This document shows, piece by piece, positions 27,229 through 36,664 of a DNA stretch of 64,000 nucleotides (position 1 is its first letter; every line of letters starts with the position of its first letter). Location: NCBI GenBank assembly GCA_903851135.1, contig CAINNK010000021.1, forward strand, positions 441 through 64,440, read 5' to 3'. The translations under genes were made by a program, and so were the position numbers. The DNA is from an uncultured bacterium. Lineage in GTDB: Bacteria; Patescibacteriota; Minisyncoccia; Moranbacterales; GWC2-37-73. Under the pieces are notes generated by a model. It was not told where the DNA came from. It saw nothing but the letters and a program-made list of their open reading frames with translations, and ran no database searches.

Positions 27229-29298
27229 TTAAAATATGATTTTAATATCGACAGCTAAAGCACCTTGCTTATCATTATAGATAAAAAGCGGGTTAATGTC
27301 GAATTCTTTCACTTGAGGATTTTCCTTGGCAAAACTCATCAAAGCCAATAATATTTTGGAAAATTCTTTTGCGTCACAAGCAGCCTGACCTCTGGCACCC
27401 TTGAAAATAAAATTTATTTTGCTCTTTAAAATTTGAGTTTCAATTTCTTTCAGATTCATCGGAGCCAACAGAAAATTCACTAATTTGAAAATTTCCGTGT
27501 AGATTCCACCCAAACCATAGACAATCACTGGTCCAAAAATTGGATCTCGTTTGATGCCTAAAATAATTTCGGCAAATTTATCCACTTGAGCTTGCGCAAT
27601 TATTTTCTCTCCCGGGAAACTTTTTTGCATTTCATTAAAAGCTTTCTGCAGTTCTTCCTCATTTTTGATGCCAAGACGCAGCCCGCCTTGATCGGTTTTG
27701 TGCAAAATCAAATCTGAATCAACCTTCAGCGCCAAGGGAAAACCGATTTTCAAGTCATTAATATTTTTTTCTGTCACATTTCCATAGGCCACCGCTGCAA
27801 TTCCATAAAGCTCCATCACCTTAGCAGCATCAGCAAAGGAAAGGGCTTTGCGTTTTTCACTCAAAGCTTTTTCGATTATAACTTGGGCTTGTTGTTGCCT
27901 TGTGCGATCAATTTTCAAAACGGCAATTTTCGCATTGTCCTGCCTAAATTGTTGCCAAACTCGATATTTCTCCAAGGTGCCAATGGCCGCTTCCGGCGTC
28001 GAAAAGTTAACCAAACCATTTCTTGTGAAATTTTCCAGCGCTCCAGCAATTTTTTCACCGCCGATAAAAACTGGAATCACATTTAAATCTCTTTTTTTTG
28101 AATATTCAATGACAGTAGTTGCAATTTGACCAACTTTGGTCTGCCCTTGCGGCGTCAACAGACAAAAAATATTCTCAATTTTTTCTTTGTGCAAAATATC
28201 CAACACTGCCCGATAACGATCTTCCTGCGCGTCGCCCAACAGGTCAATAGGATTTTCAACTGAAGATTCGGACGGTAAAATTTTCTTGAGTTTCTTTTTT
28301 GAAGCCGCAGAAATATCAGCCAAGGTTATTTGCTTGTCCTTAAAAGCGTCTGTAGCCAAAACGCCAGCCCCGCCAGCATTAGTAATAACAGCGCACTGCG
28401 AACTCTTCGGAGCGCTATAACCACTAAGCAATTTCAGCAAGTTCAAAAATTCATCCAAATCATTGGCTCTGATCACGCCACATTTTTCAAAAGCCACGCT
28501 CATGATTTCGTCACTGCCAGCCAGAGCGCCAGTGTGCGAAGCAATTGCAATTTGAGTCTTGGCAGTTTTGCCAGCTTTCAAAATCACAATGGGTTTTTTC
28601 AAAGACACCTTACTTGCAGCTTGCAAAAATTTTTCACCATCTTTGATGCCTTCCAGATATAGCCCAATCACTTTCGTACGCAGATCATTTCCCAAATATT
28701 CAATCAATTCAGTTTCAGAAATTTGCATTTTATTGCCGACGGAAATGATTTTCGAAAAAGCCAAATGTTCTTTTCTAGCCTTGTCCATCAGAGCCACCGC
28801 CAATGCGCCAGATTGAGAAACAAAAGCGATATTGCCAACGGTCGGCATACCAGCAGCAAAAGAAGCATTGAGCTTAACAGGTGGCGCGATAAAACCCAAA
28901 CAATTCGGACCCAAAATATGCAAGCCCTTTTCGCGGGCCAACTTTTCAATTTTTTCTTCCAACTTTTTCCCAGCCGTTCCAGTTTCTGAAAAGCCAGCTG
29001 AGATGATGATGAAATTCTTGACTTTGCCTGAAGCTTGTCTGATTGTTTCATAGACAAACTTACCTGGAATTGCCAGGATTGCCAACTCAACTTCTTTCGG
29101 AATTTCCGTCAAAGCTTGATAGCATTTTTTCAAGCCTATCATCTTATACGCTGGATTCACAAAATACACCTTGCCTTGATAACCCAACTTAGCGATGTTG
29201 TTTACCAAAACGGTACCAATTTTGTCTTTTTTGTTAGATGCTCCCACAATCGCTATTGATTTTGGCGCAAACAAATTTTCCAATTTTTCATGAGTCAT
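27229..29298 (-). CDS. Acetyl-CoA synthetase (ADP-forming), fused alpha/beta domains
   Basis: CoA-binding N-terminus IAIVGASNKKDKIGTVLVNN, succinyl-CoA-synthetase-like ligase domain, ATP-grasp C-terminal half. Partners with PFOR for acetate/ATP formation. Confidence 0.8.
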   Translation of the reverse strand: MTHEKLENLFAPKSIAIVGASNKKDKIGTVLVNNIAKLGYQGKVYFVNPAYKMIGLKKCYQALTEIPKEVELAILAIPGKFVYETIRQASGKVKNFIIISAGFSETGTAGKKLEEKIEKLAREKGLHILGPNCLGFIAPPVKLNASFAAGMPTVGNIAFVSQSGALAVALMDKARKEHLAFSKIISVGNKMQISETELIEYLGNDLRTKVIGLYLEGIKDGEKFLQAASKVSLKKPIVILKAGKTAKTQIAIASHTGALAGSDEIMSVAFEKCGVIRANDLDEFLNLLKLLSGYSAPKSSQCAVITNAGGAGVLATDAFKDKQITLADISAASKKKLKKILPSESSVENPIDLLGDAQEDRYRAVLDILHKEKIENIFCLLTPQGQTKVGQIATTVIEYSKKRDLNVIPVFIGGEKIAGALENFTRNGLVNFSTPEAAIGTLEKYRVWQQFRQDNAKIAVLKIDRTRQQQAQVIIEKALSEKRKALSFADAAKVMELYGIAAVAYGNVTEKNINDLKIGFPLALKVDSDLILHKTDQGGLRLGIKNEEELQKAFNEMQKSFPGEKIIAQAQVDKFAEIILGIKRDPIFGPVIVYGLGGIYTEIFKLVNFLLAPMNLKEIETQILKSKINFIFKGARGQAACDAKEFSKILLALMSFAKENPQVKEFDINPLFIYNDKQGALAVDIKIIF

Positions 29299-29503
29299 GG
29301 TTTTTTTGTTTTTATATTATTTAAACCTGCAAGAATACAAAATTACTAATATGCAAAAAGATATTTCATCATTCCTAGTTACTGATTACTATTTTTAAAT
29401 TATACCCTTTTTTGTCTTATCCGTAAAATGCAAATTTTCTGCCTTGGAAAAAATAATTTATAGCCTATTTTTGGCTAAAACAAGGCATCTTTCCTGAAAA
29501 AGC

Positions 29504-29532
29504 TTGACAATGGTGTTTTAATGTGCTAGAAT
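29504..29532 (+). promoter_or_regulatory. Near-consensus sigma70 promoter TTGACA-17-TAGAAT with extended -10 TGc
   Basis: TTGACA 29504-29509, 17-nt spacer, TAGAAT 29527-29532. Confidence 0.55.
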
Positions 29533-29574
29533 AAAAAGTTCTCAATAGTCCAGTTAATTAAAATCTCAGAAAAA

Positions 29575-29718
29575 ATGAAACAGCATTCTAAATGGATAGC
29601 ATTAGCAGTGCTATTAGTACTGGTAATAGCAGCAGCATTTATGGGGCAGACCGCCGTCGCCCTTTACAGTGGAATTGTACTAATAGTGCTTGCAGGCGCT
29701 GCAGTATTAACCACTTAA
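29575..29718 (+). CDS. Small hydrophobic protein, 47 aa, two predicted TM segments (MKQHSKWIALAVLLVLVIAAAFMGQTAVALYSGIVLIVLAGAAVLTT)
   Basis: Not in ORF track (under 60 aa). Lies 40 nt downstream of the consensus promoter and is followed by a hairpin and terminator. Confidence 0.4.
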   Translation: MKQHSKWIALAVLLVLVIAAAFMGQTAVALYSGIVLIVLAGAAVLTT

Positions 29719-29811
29719 AAAAGCTGCTTAATGCTTAAATCTATAAGGAAATTTTCAGCACATGGTGCGATAAAAATTTCCTTATAGATATTTTTCAAAT
29801 TTCCCCACCAA

Positions 29812-29845
29812 AAAACGAGCAAAATTGCCCGTTTCTTTTTTTGCA
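29812..29845. terminator. Bidirectional intrinsic terminator (aacgagc-aaaattg-cccgtt with T-run on plus, T6 on minus) between convergent small ORF and dnaJ
   Basis: Imperfect 7-bp stem with 1 mismatch, flanked by tcttttttt on plus and tttttt on minus. Confidence 0.4.
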
Positions 29846-29848
29846 TTT

Positions 29849-29891
29849 TTATTTGTAGATTCGTAGCCAATTTGTAGATTTGTGGGTTCTT
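29849..29891. repeat. Family-G 43-bp repeat, copy 2
   Basis: Matches 15361-15403 with 2 mismatches. Confidence 0.75.
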
Positions 29892-29930
29892 AACAATGTA
29901 GCAATATAACAATGTAACAATCTAACAATT

Positions 29931-31043
29931 TCAGAGCCCAGTATTTTTTAGATCTTCCAGCAGTTTCTTCTGCTCACGACTTAAATTCTTGGGCACGTCC
30001 ACGACAATTTTCACCAGTTGATTGCCACGCACACCCGAGCGACCAAGTTGCGGGATGCCTTTGTCTTTGATGCGAAAAGTTTCGCCTGATTGGGTGCCGG
30101 CTGGAATTTTAATGCTGAGTTTTTCATCAATCGTGCGCACGCTCACTTTGTCACCCAACACCGCTTGCGAAAAAGTGATGTGCTCAGTTGACAAAATGTC
30201 ATTGCCTTTTCTTTCAAAAAGATTATGCGGTTTGACGTGGACATTCACAAACAAATCACCATTGGAAGAACCTCGTTCGCCAGCTTCACCTTGACCTTGC
30301 AAGGAAATAGTTTGCCCATTGGAAATTCCCGCCGGAATATCGAAAACAATTTTCTGTTGTTCGCGCACGCGCCCATCGCCGCTACATTTGTGACACTTTT
30401 TGGCATAAGTTTTGCCAGCTCCCAAGCAAGTCGGACAAGTTGAGGCCTGGACAAAACTGCCAAAGAAACTTTGCACAGTCTGCCGGATTTGACCAGAACC
30501 TTTGCAGGTGTGGCAAGTTTCCTCCTTGGCTCCTGGTTCTCCGCCAGTGCCACGGCACAAATCACAAACCAGCCTACGCAGCAAGGAAACTTCCCGATGA
30601 GCGCCAGAGACCATTTCTTCAAAACTTATTTCAGCGTCGATCTGAATGTCACGCCCAGCCTTTTGCGAACTTCGCCCACGGCCACCACCACCGCCAAAAA
30701 TATCGGAAAAAATATCCTCAAAACCGCCGCCAAATTCGAAACCTTGGCTACCTTGTTGAAATCCAGAAAAATCAAAGCCCTGTGAAGAAAATCCGCCAAA
30801 GCCTTGGCCACCTCCGCCACCTCTTTGAGCCTGCTCAAAAGTTTGACCATATTGATCATATTGACCGCGCTTTTCTTTGTCAGAAAGCACTTGATAAGCA
30901 GCGTTTATTTCTTTGAATTTTTCCGCGTCGCCGCCAGTTTTGTCCGGATGATGCTTGTGAGCCAATTTGCGATAAGCCTTTTTAATCTCATCATCACTAG
31001 CGCCTTTGTTGACGCCCAGTGTTTCATATAAATCCTTAGCCAT
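29931..31043 (-). CDS. dnaJ: Chaperone DnaJ
   Basis: J-domain with HPD ([13 protein letters not shown]), G/F-rich region, four CxxCxGxG zinc-finger repeats. Confidence 0.9.
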   Translation of the reverse strand: MAKDLYETLGVNKGASDDEIKKAYRKLAHKHHPDKTGGDAEKFKEINAAYQVLSDKEKRGQYDQYGQTFEQAQRGGGGGQGFGGFSSQGFDFSGFQQGSQGFEFGGGFEDIFSDIFGGGGGRGRSSQKAGRDIQIDAEISFEEMVSGAHREVSLLRRLVCDLCRGTGGEPGAKEETCHTCKGSGQIRQTVQSFFGSFVQASTCPTCLGAGKTYAKKCHKCSGDGRVREQQKIVFDIPAGISNGQTISLQGQGEAGERGSSNGDLFVNVHVKPHNLFERKGNDILSTEHITFSQAVLGDKVSVRTIDEKLSIKIPAGTQSGETFRIKDKGIPQLGRSGVRGNQLVKIVVDVPKNLSREQKKLLEDLKNTGL

Positions 31044-31070
31044 ATATTTGAATATATTTAATATTTTTAA

Positions 31071-31157
31071 TCTTAGCGAGCAAACTTTTTCTTTTTTCGC
31101 TTGAAAGTGGTTTACCTTGGTGTTAAAAAATCAAATAGTCATAAAAAACACTTTCAC
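31071..31157. repeat. Family-F 85-bp repeat, copy 2 (inverted relative to copy 1), in the dnaJ upstream region
   Basis: See 24630-24715. Confidence 0.75.
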
Positions 31158-31224
31158 TGGGATAAAAAGAAAAATGTTTGCGAGCGATACTCCAATTTAA
31201 TCATTCTAAACCAAAAATAAAAAA

Positions 31225-31251
31225 TTAGCAATCCCCCAAGATGAGTGCTAA
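31225..31251. promoter_or_regulatory. CIRCE-like HrcA operator TTAGCAATC-N9-GAGTGCTAA upstream of dnaJ
   Basis: One mismatch to consensus TTAGCACTC-N9-GAGTGCTAA; 9-nt spacer; about 180 nt upstream of the dnaJ ATG. Confidence 0.55.
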
Positions 31252-31271
31252 TCAAATTAAACTTTTCACTC

Positions 31272-32342
31272 CTACGCAATCATTTCTTTCTCCACCGTCA
31301 CGGTTTTAATCGCAACAAAACCAAAGCGAACCAAGAGAGAAAAAATCCCAATACTCAAACCAAAAAAGACAATACTCAGCAAAGAACAAATCGAGAGCAC
31401 CGTGAAAAAGAGAATCCCCGCCAGCACTCCGGCAACAGAAGATGAGCCTTGTTGACCAGCCACACTTGGAGCAAAAATACTTTCTATTTTTTTGCTAATA
31501 AGTTCTGAAATAACCGTTGAAACATTTTCCGAACCTTGCACATCTCGACCAATGAGCGCGGAAAGCTGACCTCGACTTTGCTGCAAAATCAAAACCTGCT
31601 CCTCCTTGGTCAATTGAGAGTTAAGATTATTCAACTTATTGCCAACCTGCAAGCGAAGCTGCTCGCGATTTTCAAGCGGAATGTTCTGCTGATCAAGCTC
31701 TTGCTCCACAATTTGAGCCGTGTCAAAATCAAAACCTTGCTGATTTTGAGCCAATCGCTGACTTTCCTGATTTTTCAAAATAAATTCATCCACAGTGATA
31801 TTTTCGTTTTCCAAAGATTTGAAAGTTGGATCAATGGCAGACAAGACTGAAAACGCTACTTTGCTCGAAGTGCTACCAAGTTCAATACGCGGAATCAAAA
31901 TCTGACCTTTCAGTTGACTAATCACTGAAAAATATTGCAATGAAATGACAAGTGAAATCGCCAAAACCAGCATTGCCTTTCCAGTCCGCAGGGATTTGAG
32001 TAAATCAATTTTAATGTTTAGCTCCAAATCTCGACGAATCCTCCTGGCGGCTAAAAACAAAAAATATCCGCCAACAATTGCTCCCAACAAATGCCACAAA
32101 CTGAAAGTGAAAACCACGCCAACTAGCAAAGAAGCCACAAGCAGCAATTCCAAAAAAACAATATCCTCGAAAAGCACAATGTCCAAACAAATACAGACAA
32201 GAAAAAACATAAACAAAATCATCGGCCCAATCCAAGTGCCATTGCCACCAGCTCGAACTATTTGATCGACGCCATGCCACGAAAAAAAAGCAAACGTCAC
32301 CGTCAACAAACTAAGCACTAGTTCGATTTTTTTGCGAATCAT
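31272..32342 (-). CDS. Hypothetical polytopic membrane protein with a central Gln-rich coiled-coil region
   Basis: ORF with several TM helices at both ends. Confidence 0.35.
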   Translation of the reverse strand: MIRKKIELVLSLLTVTFAFFSWHGVDQIVRAGGNGTWIGPMILFMFFLVCICLDIVLFEDIVFLELLLVASLLVGVVFTFSLWHLLGAIVGGYFLFLAARRIRRDLELNIKIDLLKSLRTGKAMLVLAISLVISLQYFSVISQLKGQILIPRIELGSTSSKVAFSVLSAIDPTFKSLENENITVDEFILKNQESQRLAQNQQGFDFDTAQIVEQELDQQNIPLENREQLRLQVGNKLNNLNSQLTKEEQVLILQQSRGQLSALIGRDVQGSENVSTVISELISKKIESIFAPSVAGQQGSSSVAGVLAGILFFTVLSICSLLSIVFFGLSIGIFSLLVRFGFVAIKTVTVEKEMIA

Positions 32343-32474
32343 AAATTTTTTTTACAATGATATTTTTCTATTATAACAGATTTGAGAATTTTACAAAAAG
32401 AAAAACAAAAAACATCCCGCTGATTTTTGGCAATCAATAGTGAGATGTTTATGCAAATCTTTGAATGAATTTTC

Positions 32475-32702
32475 CTAAGAAACTCTCGTGCTCTTCGCAG
32501 AACGAACACTGCCAGATTGAGCTTGCTGAGTTGAGCTATATGTCTGGCTGGAAGTGCTGGCGCTACCAGTTGTGGTTGGCGCGTTTGTCAGTGTCTGAAC
32601 ATTGGCTTGAGTCGAATTTTTGGAAAGATTAAAATAAATAACAGCCACCACCGCGACTGGCAATGCAACAACAAACAAAAAGGTTAGAAACTTTTTTTTC
32701 AT
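32475..32702 (-). CDS. Small secreted or membrane-anchored Ser/Thr-rich protein
   Basis: Signal/TM helix then a low-complexity tail. Confidence 0.3.
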   Translation of the reverse strand: MKKKFLTFLFVVALPVAVVAVIYFNLSKNSTQANVQTLTNAPTTTGSASTSSQTYSSTQQAQSGSVRSAKSTRVS

Positions 32703-32797
32703 ACTTTTAACGATAAGATATTAACACACCCAAAAGAATATACGCGCTGTCTGGCATATTCTTTCAAATCATCAACGCAAAAAGCTCTTTAGGCGGC

Positions 32798-33406
32798 TTA
32801 TTGCTGAGCTCCTGGCAAGCTAGTTGGAACTTTAACGCCAGCCGGTAATTTGATGTTTTTCATCGAATCGAGAGTCTTTTTCAGGACTTGACATTGGTCA
32901 GTAAAAGTCACTGCAGCAGGAATCGTGAAATCTATGTCAGCAATCGGAGTACAAGTGGAACTAGTGTCACTGTTTATCTTATCCTGAACGTTAGTGATGG
33001 AACTATCAACTAAATTTTTCTGTTGCTCCGGCAAACTAGCTTTAAGGTCTTGCAAGCAAGCCTTGGTCATCTTCAAACCAGTCGCCTCCCCTTCAGTCCA
33101 CACAAACGTGGCTTCACCATCAAAAATGATGTTTTGCTTTTTGTTGTTGATTTCAGAAGTTGATTTAATTTTAGTGCCTTCAATATAAACAACCTTGGCT
33201 GCACTATCTTTTGAACTCATGGTGCATTGCATTTTGGTGCCTAAACCAATGGCATCTTTAATTGAGCTGACAACTCCACTGGCTGCATTGCTAGGTTCAG
33301 GTGCTGGCCCCTGTTGCGCCGGAGTCAAAGCGGCATTTTTGCTGCCGCAACCAGAGAAAAGCAAGGCTGTTGCAACAATTCCAAAAAACACAAATGTTTT
33401 TTTCAT
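32798..33406 (-). CDS. Putative lipoprotein
   Basis: Lipobox LLFSGC after a signal peptide. Confidence 0.5.
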   Translation of the reverse strand: MKKTFVFFGIVATALLFSGCGSKNAALTPAQQGPAPEPSNAASGVVSSIKDAIGLGTKMQCTMSSKDSAAKVVYIEGTKIKSTSEINNKKQNIIFDGEATFVWTEGEATGLKMTKACLQDLKASLPEQQKNLVDSSITNVQDKINSDTSSTCTPIADIDFTIPAAVTFTDQCQVLKKTLDSMKNIKLPAGVKVPTSLPGAQQ

Positions 33407-33645
33407 ATTTTTTTGTAAATTATTATTAGCTAAATTATTTACGAAGTATACGTAATTTATGCTTTTAACTAAAAACTATCTCTAAATTTTTACGAGCTTG
33501 CTTGCTTTTTAGACCATTGAAGCGACAGCTTCTCTGAGCCCTTGGTATAGTTCCTAGCCAAGGAGCGTGCCCTAAAAAGTGAACAAGGGAAGTAAAAATT
33601 ACTAACTTAGTTTCCCGGAACTATGAGTTAGATATGGATCATTAT

Positions 33646-33966
33646 TTATCTTGTCAAGTCATCACCGAGCTGAGAGCTCCAATCAAAATGTTCTTTAAAG
33701 AGATAGTTTTCGCTACTTTTTTCTTTGCAAAATTGATAAGCTCGGTCGCCCAGATTTGAATTTTCCACACAAGCATTCCAAACCGCCAAATCTTGCACGT
33801 TGATTTTTCGCATTTCCAGATATTGACTGAAGGCATAACTAACCGTGAAAATGAAAGCAATCACCGCGAATATCACGACCATCACTTGATTGAATAACTC
33901 TTTGTTTTTCATAAAAAAGATTTTAGCGTTTAGTGCTTTTATTATACTCCAATTTGTTTGAACCAC
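33646..33966 (-). CDS. Hypothetical small membrane protein; the 3' end overlaps a TTGACA-17-TATCTA promoter-like site at 33629-33657
   Basis: ORF only. Confidence 0.25.
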   Translation of the reverse strand: MVQTNWSIIKALNAKIFFMKNKELFNQVMVVIFAVIAFIFTVSYAFSQYLEMRKINVQDLAVWNACVENSNLGDRAYQFCKEKSSENYLFKEHFDWSSQLGDDLTR

Positions 33967-33981
33967 AATAGCGTAAATTCT

Positions 33982-34076
33982 GTCATTCCCATGAAAATGA
34001 GAATCCAGCCTTAATTCATATCAGAATATCTCCTTTTTTAAAACGTAACCTGGATTCCCGTTTTCACGGGAATGAC
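33982..34076. repeat. Imperfect 27-bp terminal inverted repeats (gtcattccc.tgaaaa.g.gaatccag) flanking a 41-bp spacer; MITE-like
   Basis: Arms at 33982-34008 and 34050-34076 are reverse complements with 3 mismatches. Confidence 0.6.
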
Positions 34077-34080
34077 ATAC

Positions 34081-34108
34081 AAAAAAACACTCCTTACGGA
34101 GTGTTTTG
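34081..34108 (-). terminator. Rho-independent terminator of rpsI (acactcc-ttac-ggagtgt plus T7 on minus strand)
   Basis: Perfect 7-bp stem directly 3' of the rpsI stop. Confidence 0.7.
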
Positions 34109-34114
34109 GAAGAT

Positions 34115-34624
34115 TTATCTTTTTGCCCACTGTGGAGATTTGCGGGCTTTTTTGAGACCTGGTTTCTTGCGTTCAACTTCGCGAGCATCGCGAGTCATAT
34201 ATCCAAGTTCCTTCAAAGTCTTCTTGAAAGTTTCGTCATATTTCACCAAAGCTCTGGAAATTCCAAGACGCACAGCCTCAACTTGACCAGTCACTCCACC
34301 ACCTCGCACCAAAACGGTAGCGCGCACTTTGCCATAAAGTCCCACGGCTTTAAGCGGGGCCAAGAAAGTGTTTTGCAGATTAGCTACTGGGAAATAGTCT
34401 TTCAATTTTTTCTTGTTGATCACAAAGTCAGAATCAGTTGCCTTGTCATAGGCAAACAAGCGAACTTGCGCCACTGAGGCTTTGCGACGTCCAACTCCGT
34501 AAAAATAAACCTCCTCAACTGATTTCTTTTCAGCTTTAACAGCTGCTACTTTTTCAGTAACTTCCGGAGTCGCCTTTTTTACTTTTTTGGTCGTTGTCGT
34601 CTTTACTTCTTTTTTTACTGCCAT
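34115..34624 (-). CDS. rpsI: 30S ribosomal protein S9 with a Lys/Thr-rich N-terminal extension of about 40 aa
   Basis: The C-terminus GGGVTGQVEAVRLGISRAL...ARKSPQWAKR is diagnostic. Confidence 0.9.
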   Translation of the reverse strand: MAVKKEVKTTTTKKVKKATPEVTEKVAAVKAEKKSVEEVYFYGVGRRKASVAQVRLFAYDKATDSDFVINKKKLKDYFPVANLQNTFLAPLKAVGLYGKVRATVLVRGGGVTGQVEAVRLGISRALVKYDETFKKTLKELGYMTRDAREVERKKPGLKKARKSPQWAKR

Positions 34625-34719
34625 ATATAGTTCGTGAAACGTGAAGCGTGGAACTTGGAGCGTAAAGTGTGAAAACTTTTCACGTTACGCGTTCCACGTT
34701 ATGCGTTATGCGATAAATT
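34625..34719. repeat. Family-B intergenic repeat, copy 1 (aacgtggagcg / gttacgcg palindromic motifs), between rplM and rpsI
   Basis: Shares the motifs gaaacgtg.agcgtggaac and cacgttacgcgtt with 35110-35228 and 43615-43670. Confidence 0.65.
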
Positions 34720-35109
34720 TTAATGTGTGATTTCAATATTCTTGTGTTCATGCTCAGCTGCGCCATACACATGTAAACGTAGCATCATTTTGTCTCGCAG
34801 TTTGTTCTTTGGCAGCATCCCATAAACAGCATTTTGAATCACTTTGCGCGGATCCTTTTCAAGCAAATCTTGAAAAGCAATCGCAGTGATTCCACCTGGA
34901 TAACCACTGAAACTGTGATAAATCTTGTCAGTCAATTTCTTGCCAGTTACGCGAATTTGGCTAGCATTAATCACCACCACAAAATCACCTCCATCAATAT
35001 GCGGAGTATAGTCAACTTTGTTTCGGCCGCTAAGCACTTTTGCAATCTCGGTTGACAAGCGTCCGAGAACTTTTCCTTGAGCATCAAAGAGATGATATTG
35101 TCTGTTCAT
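34720..35109 (-). CDS. rplM: 50S ribosomal protein L13
   Basis: Strong match across the whole protein. Confidence 0.9.
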   Translation of the reverse strand: MNRQYHLFDAQGKVLGRLSTEIAKVLSGRNKVDYTPHIDGGDFVVVINASQIRVTGKKLTDKIYHSFSGYPGGITAIAFQDLLEKDPRKVIQNAVYGMLPKNKLRDKMMLRLHVYGAAEHEHKNIEITH

Positions 35110-35228
35110 AATTATTCTTGAAACGTGGAGCGCAAAACGTGGAGCCTAAACTCATTGCCTCATACGTCTTTTACATCAATTTTACGTTATACAGGTTATG
35201 CGTTACGCGATTTGCGTTACGCGATTTA
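35110..35228. repeat. Family-B intergenic repeat, copy 2, between rplQ and rplM
   Basis: gaaacgtggagcgcaaaacgtggagc ... gttatgcgttacgcgatttgcgttacgcg. Confidence 0.65.
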
Positions 35229-35594
35229 TTATACAAATTCAATTATTGCCATCTTAGCACCATCGCTTTTGCGCGGAGCAATTTTCAAAATTCTAGTGTA
35301 ACCACTAGTGCGAGCTGAAAATTTTGAGGCAAATTCGCCTGAAAGCTTTTTGACAGCCATCAAAGGAATTTCCTTGCGCAAATCTCGCATGATTGCAACT
35401 CGTTTGGTTTCATCAGCTGAGATTTTCTTTGCTTTGGTGATAATCTTGTCAATCATCGGCTTGATCTCTTTGGCCTTGGCTTCCGTAGTCGTGATTTTTT
35501 CCTTCACAATAAAACTGCCGATCAATGTTTTAAACAAAGCTGTTCGCACTTTCTTGACTCTGCTAAATTTTCTGCCTTTAACTAAATGTTTCAT
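35229..35594 (-). CDS. rplQ: 50S ribosomal protein L17
   Basis: Strong match. Confidence 0.9.
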   Translation of the reverse strand: MKHLVKGRKFSRVKKVRTALFKTLIGSFIVKEKITTTEAKAKEIKPMIDKIITKAKKISADETKRVAIMRDLRKEIPLMAVKKLSGEFASKFSARTSGYTRILKIAPRKSDGAKMAIIEFV

Positions 35595-35601
35595 ATTCTT
35601 A

Positions 35602-36570
35602 TTACTGTTTTAAGGTGAGCCCAAGTTCACCAACTGACTTTTTAATTTCTTTGATACCCTTGTCACCCATGCCTTCTAAGCCTTTAAGGCCTTCTTCAGT
35701 ATGTTTAACAATATCTTTAACCTTTACAATTTTGTTCGTTTCAAGCACATTTAAGGTTCGAGTTGAAAGATTCTTGAGTTCGGTAACTTTGACTTTAAGT
35801 GGATCAAATTCTTCCTCCTTGGCAACAGCCACCTCTTCAATCAGCTCCGCTTCTTGAATTTCAACCACTGGTTTTTCTTCAACCACTTCAATTCCACCCA
35901 GCACTGAAAATTGTTCAACCAAAAGCACGACGGCTTTCGAAAATGCTTCTTGCGGAGTAATACTGCCATCAGTCACAATTTCAAGCGTGATTTTGTTATA
36001 GTCAGTTCTTTTTCCAACGCGCATATTCTCAACTTCATAGTTCACGCGACGAATCGGAGTGTAAACTGCGTCAATGGCAATCACTTCAATTTCTTTTTCA
36101 CCACGCTCCTGTTGATCGATTGGAACATAACCTAGACCGTTTGAAACTTCCAATTCCATTTCCAACTCAACTTTTTTATCAGTGATAGTGGCAATGATTT
36201 GCTCAGGGTTCACAACTTCAACCTCAGAAGAACCTTTGATTGCTGCAGCTGTCACTTTTCCTTCACCTTTAAACTTCAAGCTGACTTTGACTGATTCATC
36301 GGTGTGGAGTCTGAATCTGATTTTTTTCAAATTAAGAATAATCTGAACAGCATCTTCCATAACTCCGTCAAGAGTTGAAAATTCATGTGAGACACCTTTG
36401 ATTTTAACAGAAGTTACCGCTGCACCTTTGAGTGAAGAAAGCAAAACGCGTCTAAGCGCATTTCCAAGGGTCATTCCATATCCTGGGTAGCATCCCATGA
36501 TTTCGAATTTTCCGCTTTGGTCATTAATCGGGGTGTATTTTGGCTTCTGAGGAAGTGACACTGTCTGCAT
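35602..36570 (-). CDS. rpoA: DNA-directed RNA polymerase alpha subunit
   Basis: N-terminal dimerisation domain and C-terminal domain conserved. Confidence 0.9.
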   Translation of the reverse strand: MQTVSLPQKPKYTPINDQSGKFEIMGCYPGYGMTLGNALRRVLLSSLKGAAVTSVKIKGVSHEFSTLDGVMEDAVQIILNLKKIRFRLHTDESVKVSLKFKGEGKVTAAAIKGSSEVEVVNPEQIIATITDKKVELEMELEVSNGLGYVPIDQQERGEKEIEVIAIDAVYTPIRRVNYEVENMRVGKRTDYNKITLEIVTDGSITPQEAFSKAVVLLVEQFSVLGGIEVVEEKPVVEIQEAELIEEVAVAKEEEFDPLKVKVTELKNLSTRTLNVLETNKIVKVKDIVKHTEEGLKGLEGMGDKGIKEIKKSVGELGLTLKQ

Positions 36571-36664
36571 ATCCTCTTTTGAACGAAAAGCTCATGGAAA
36601 CATTTCCACAAACTAACCGTTTTAGTTAATGAAGTTAAAAAAACAAAAAATATGATATTTATCT

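Noticed and set aside
33407-33645. Possible tRNA, SRP, tmRNA or RNase P RNA in the larger spacers (also 14666-15006, 24543-24886, 55305-55659)
   Set aside because: No GTTCGA-TCC T-loop, no SRP GGAAGCAGC motif, no RNase P GGAAAGUCCGGGC box and no tmRNA tag ORF or CCA tail were found by eye; Infernal would be needed to be sure.
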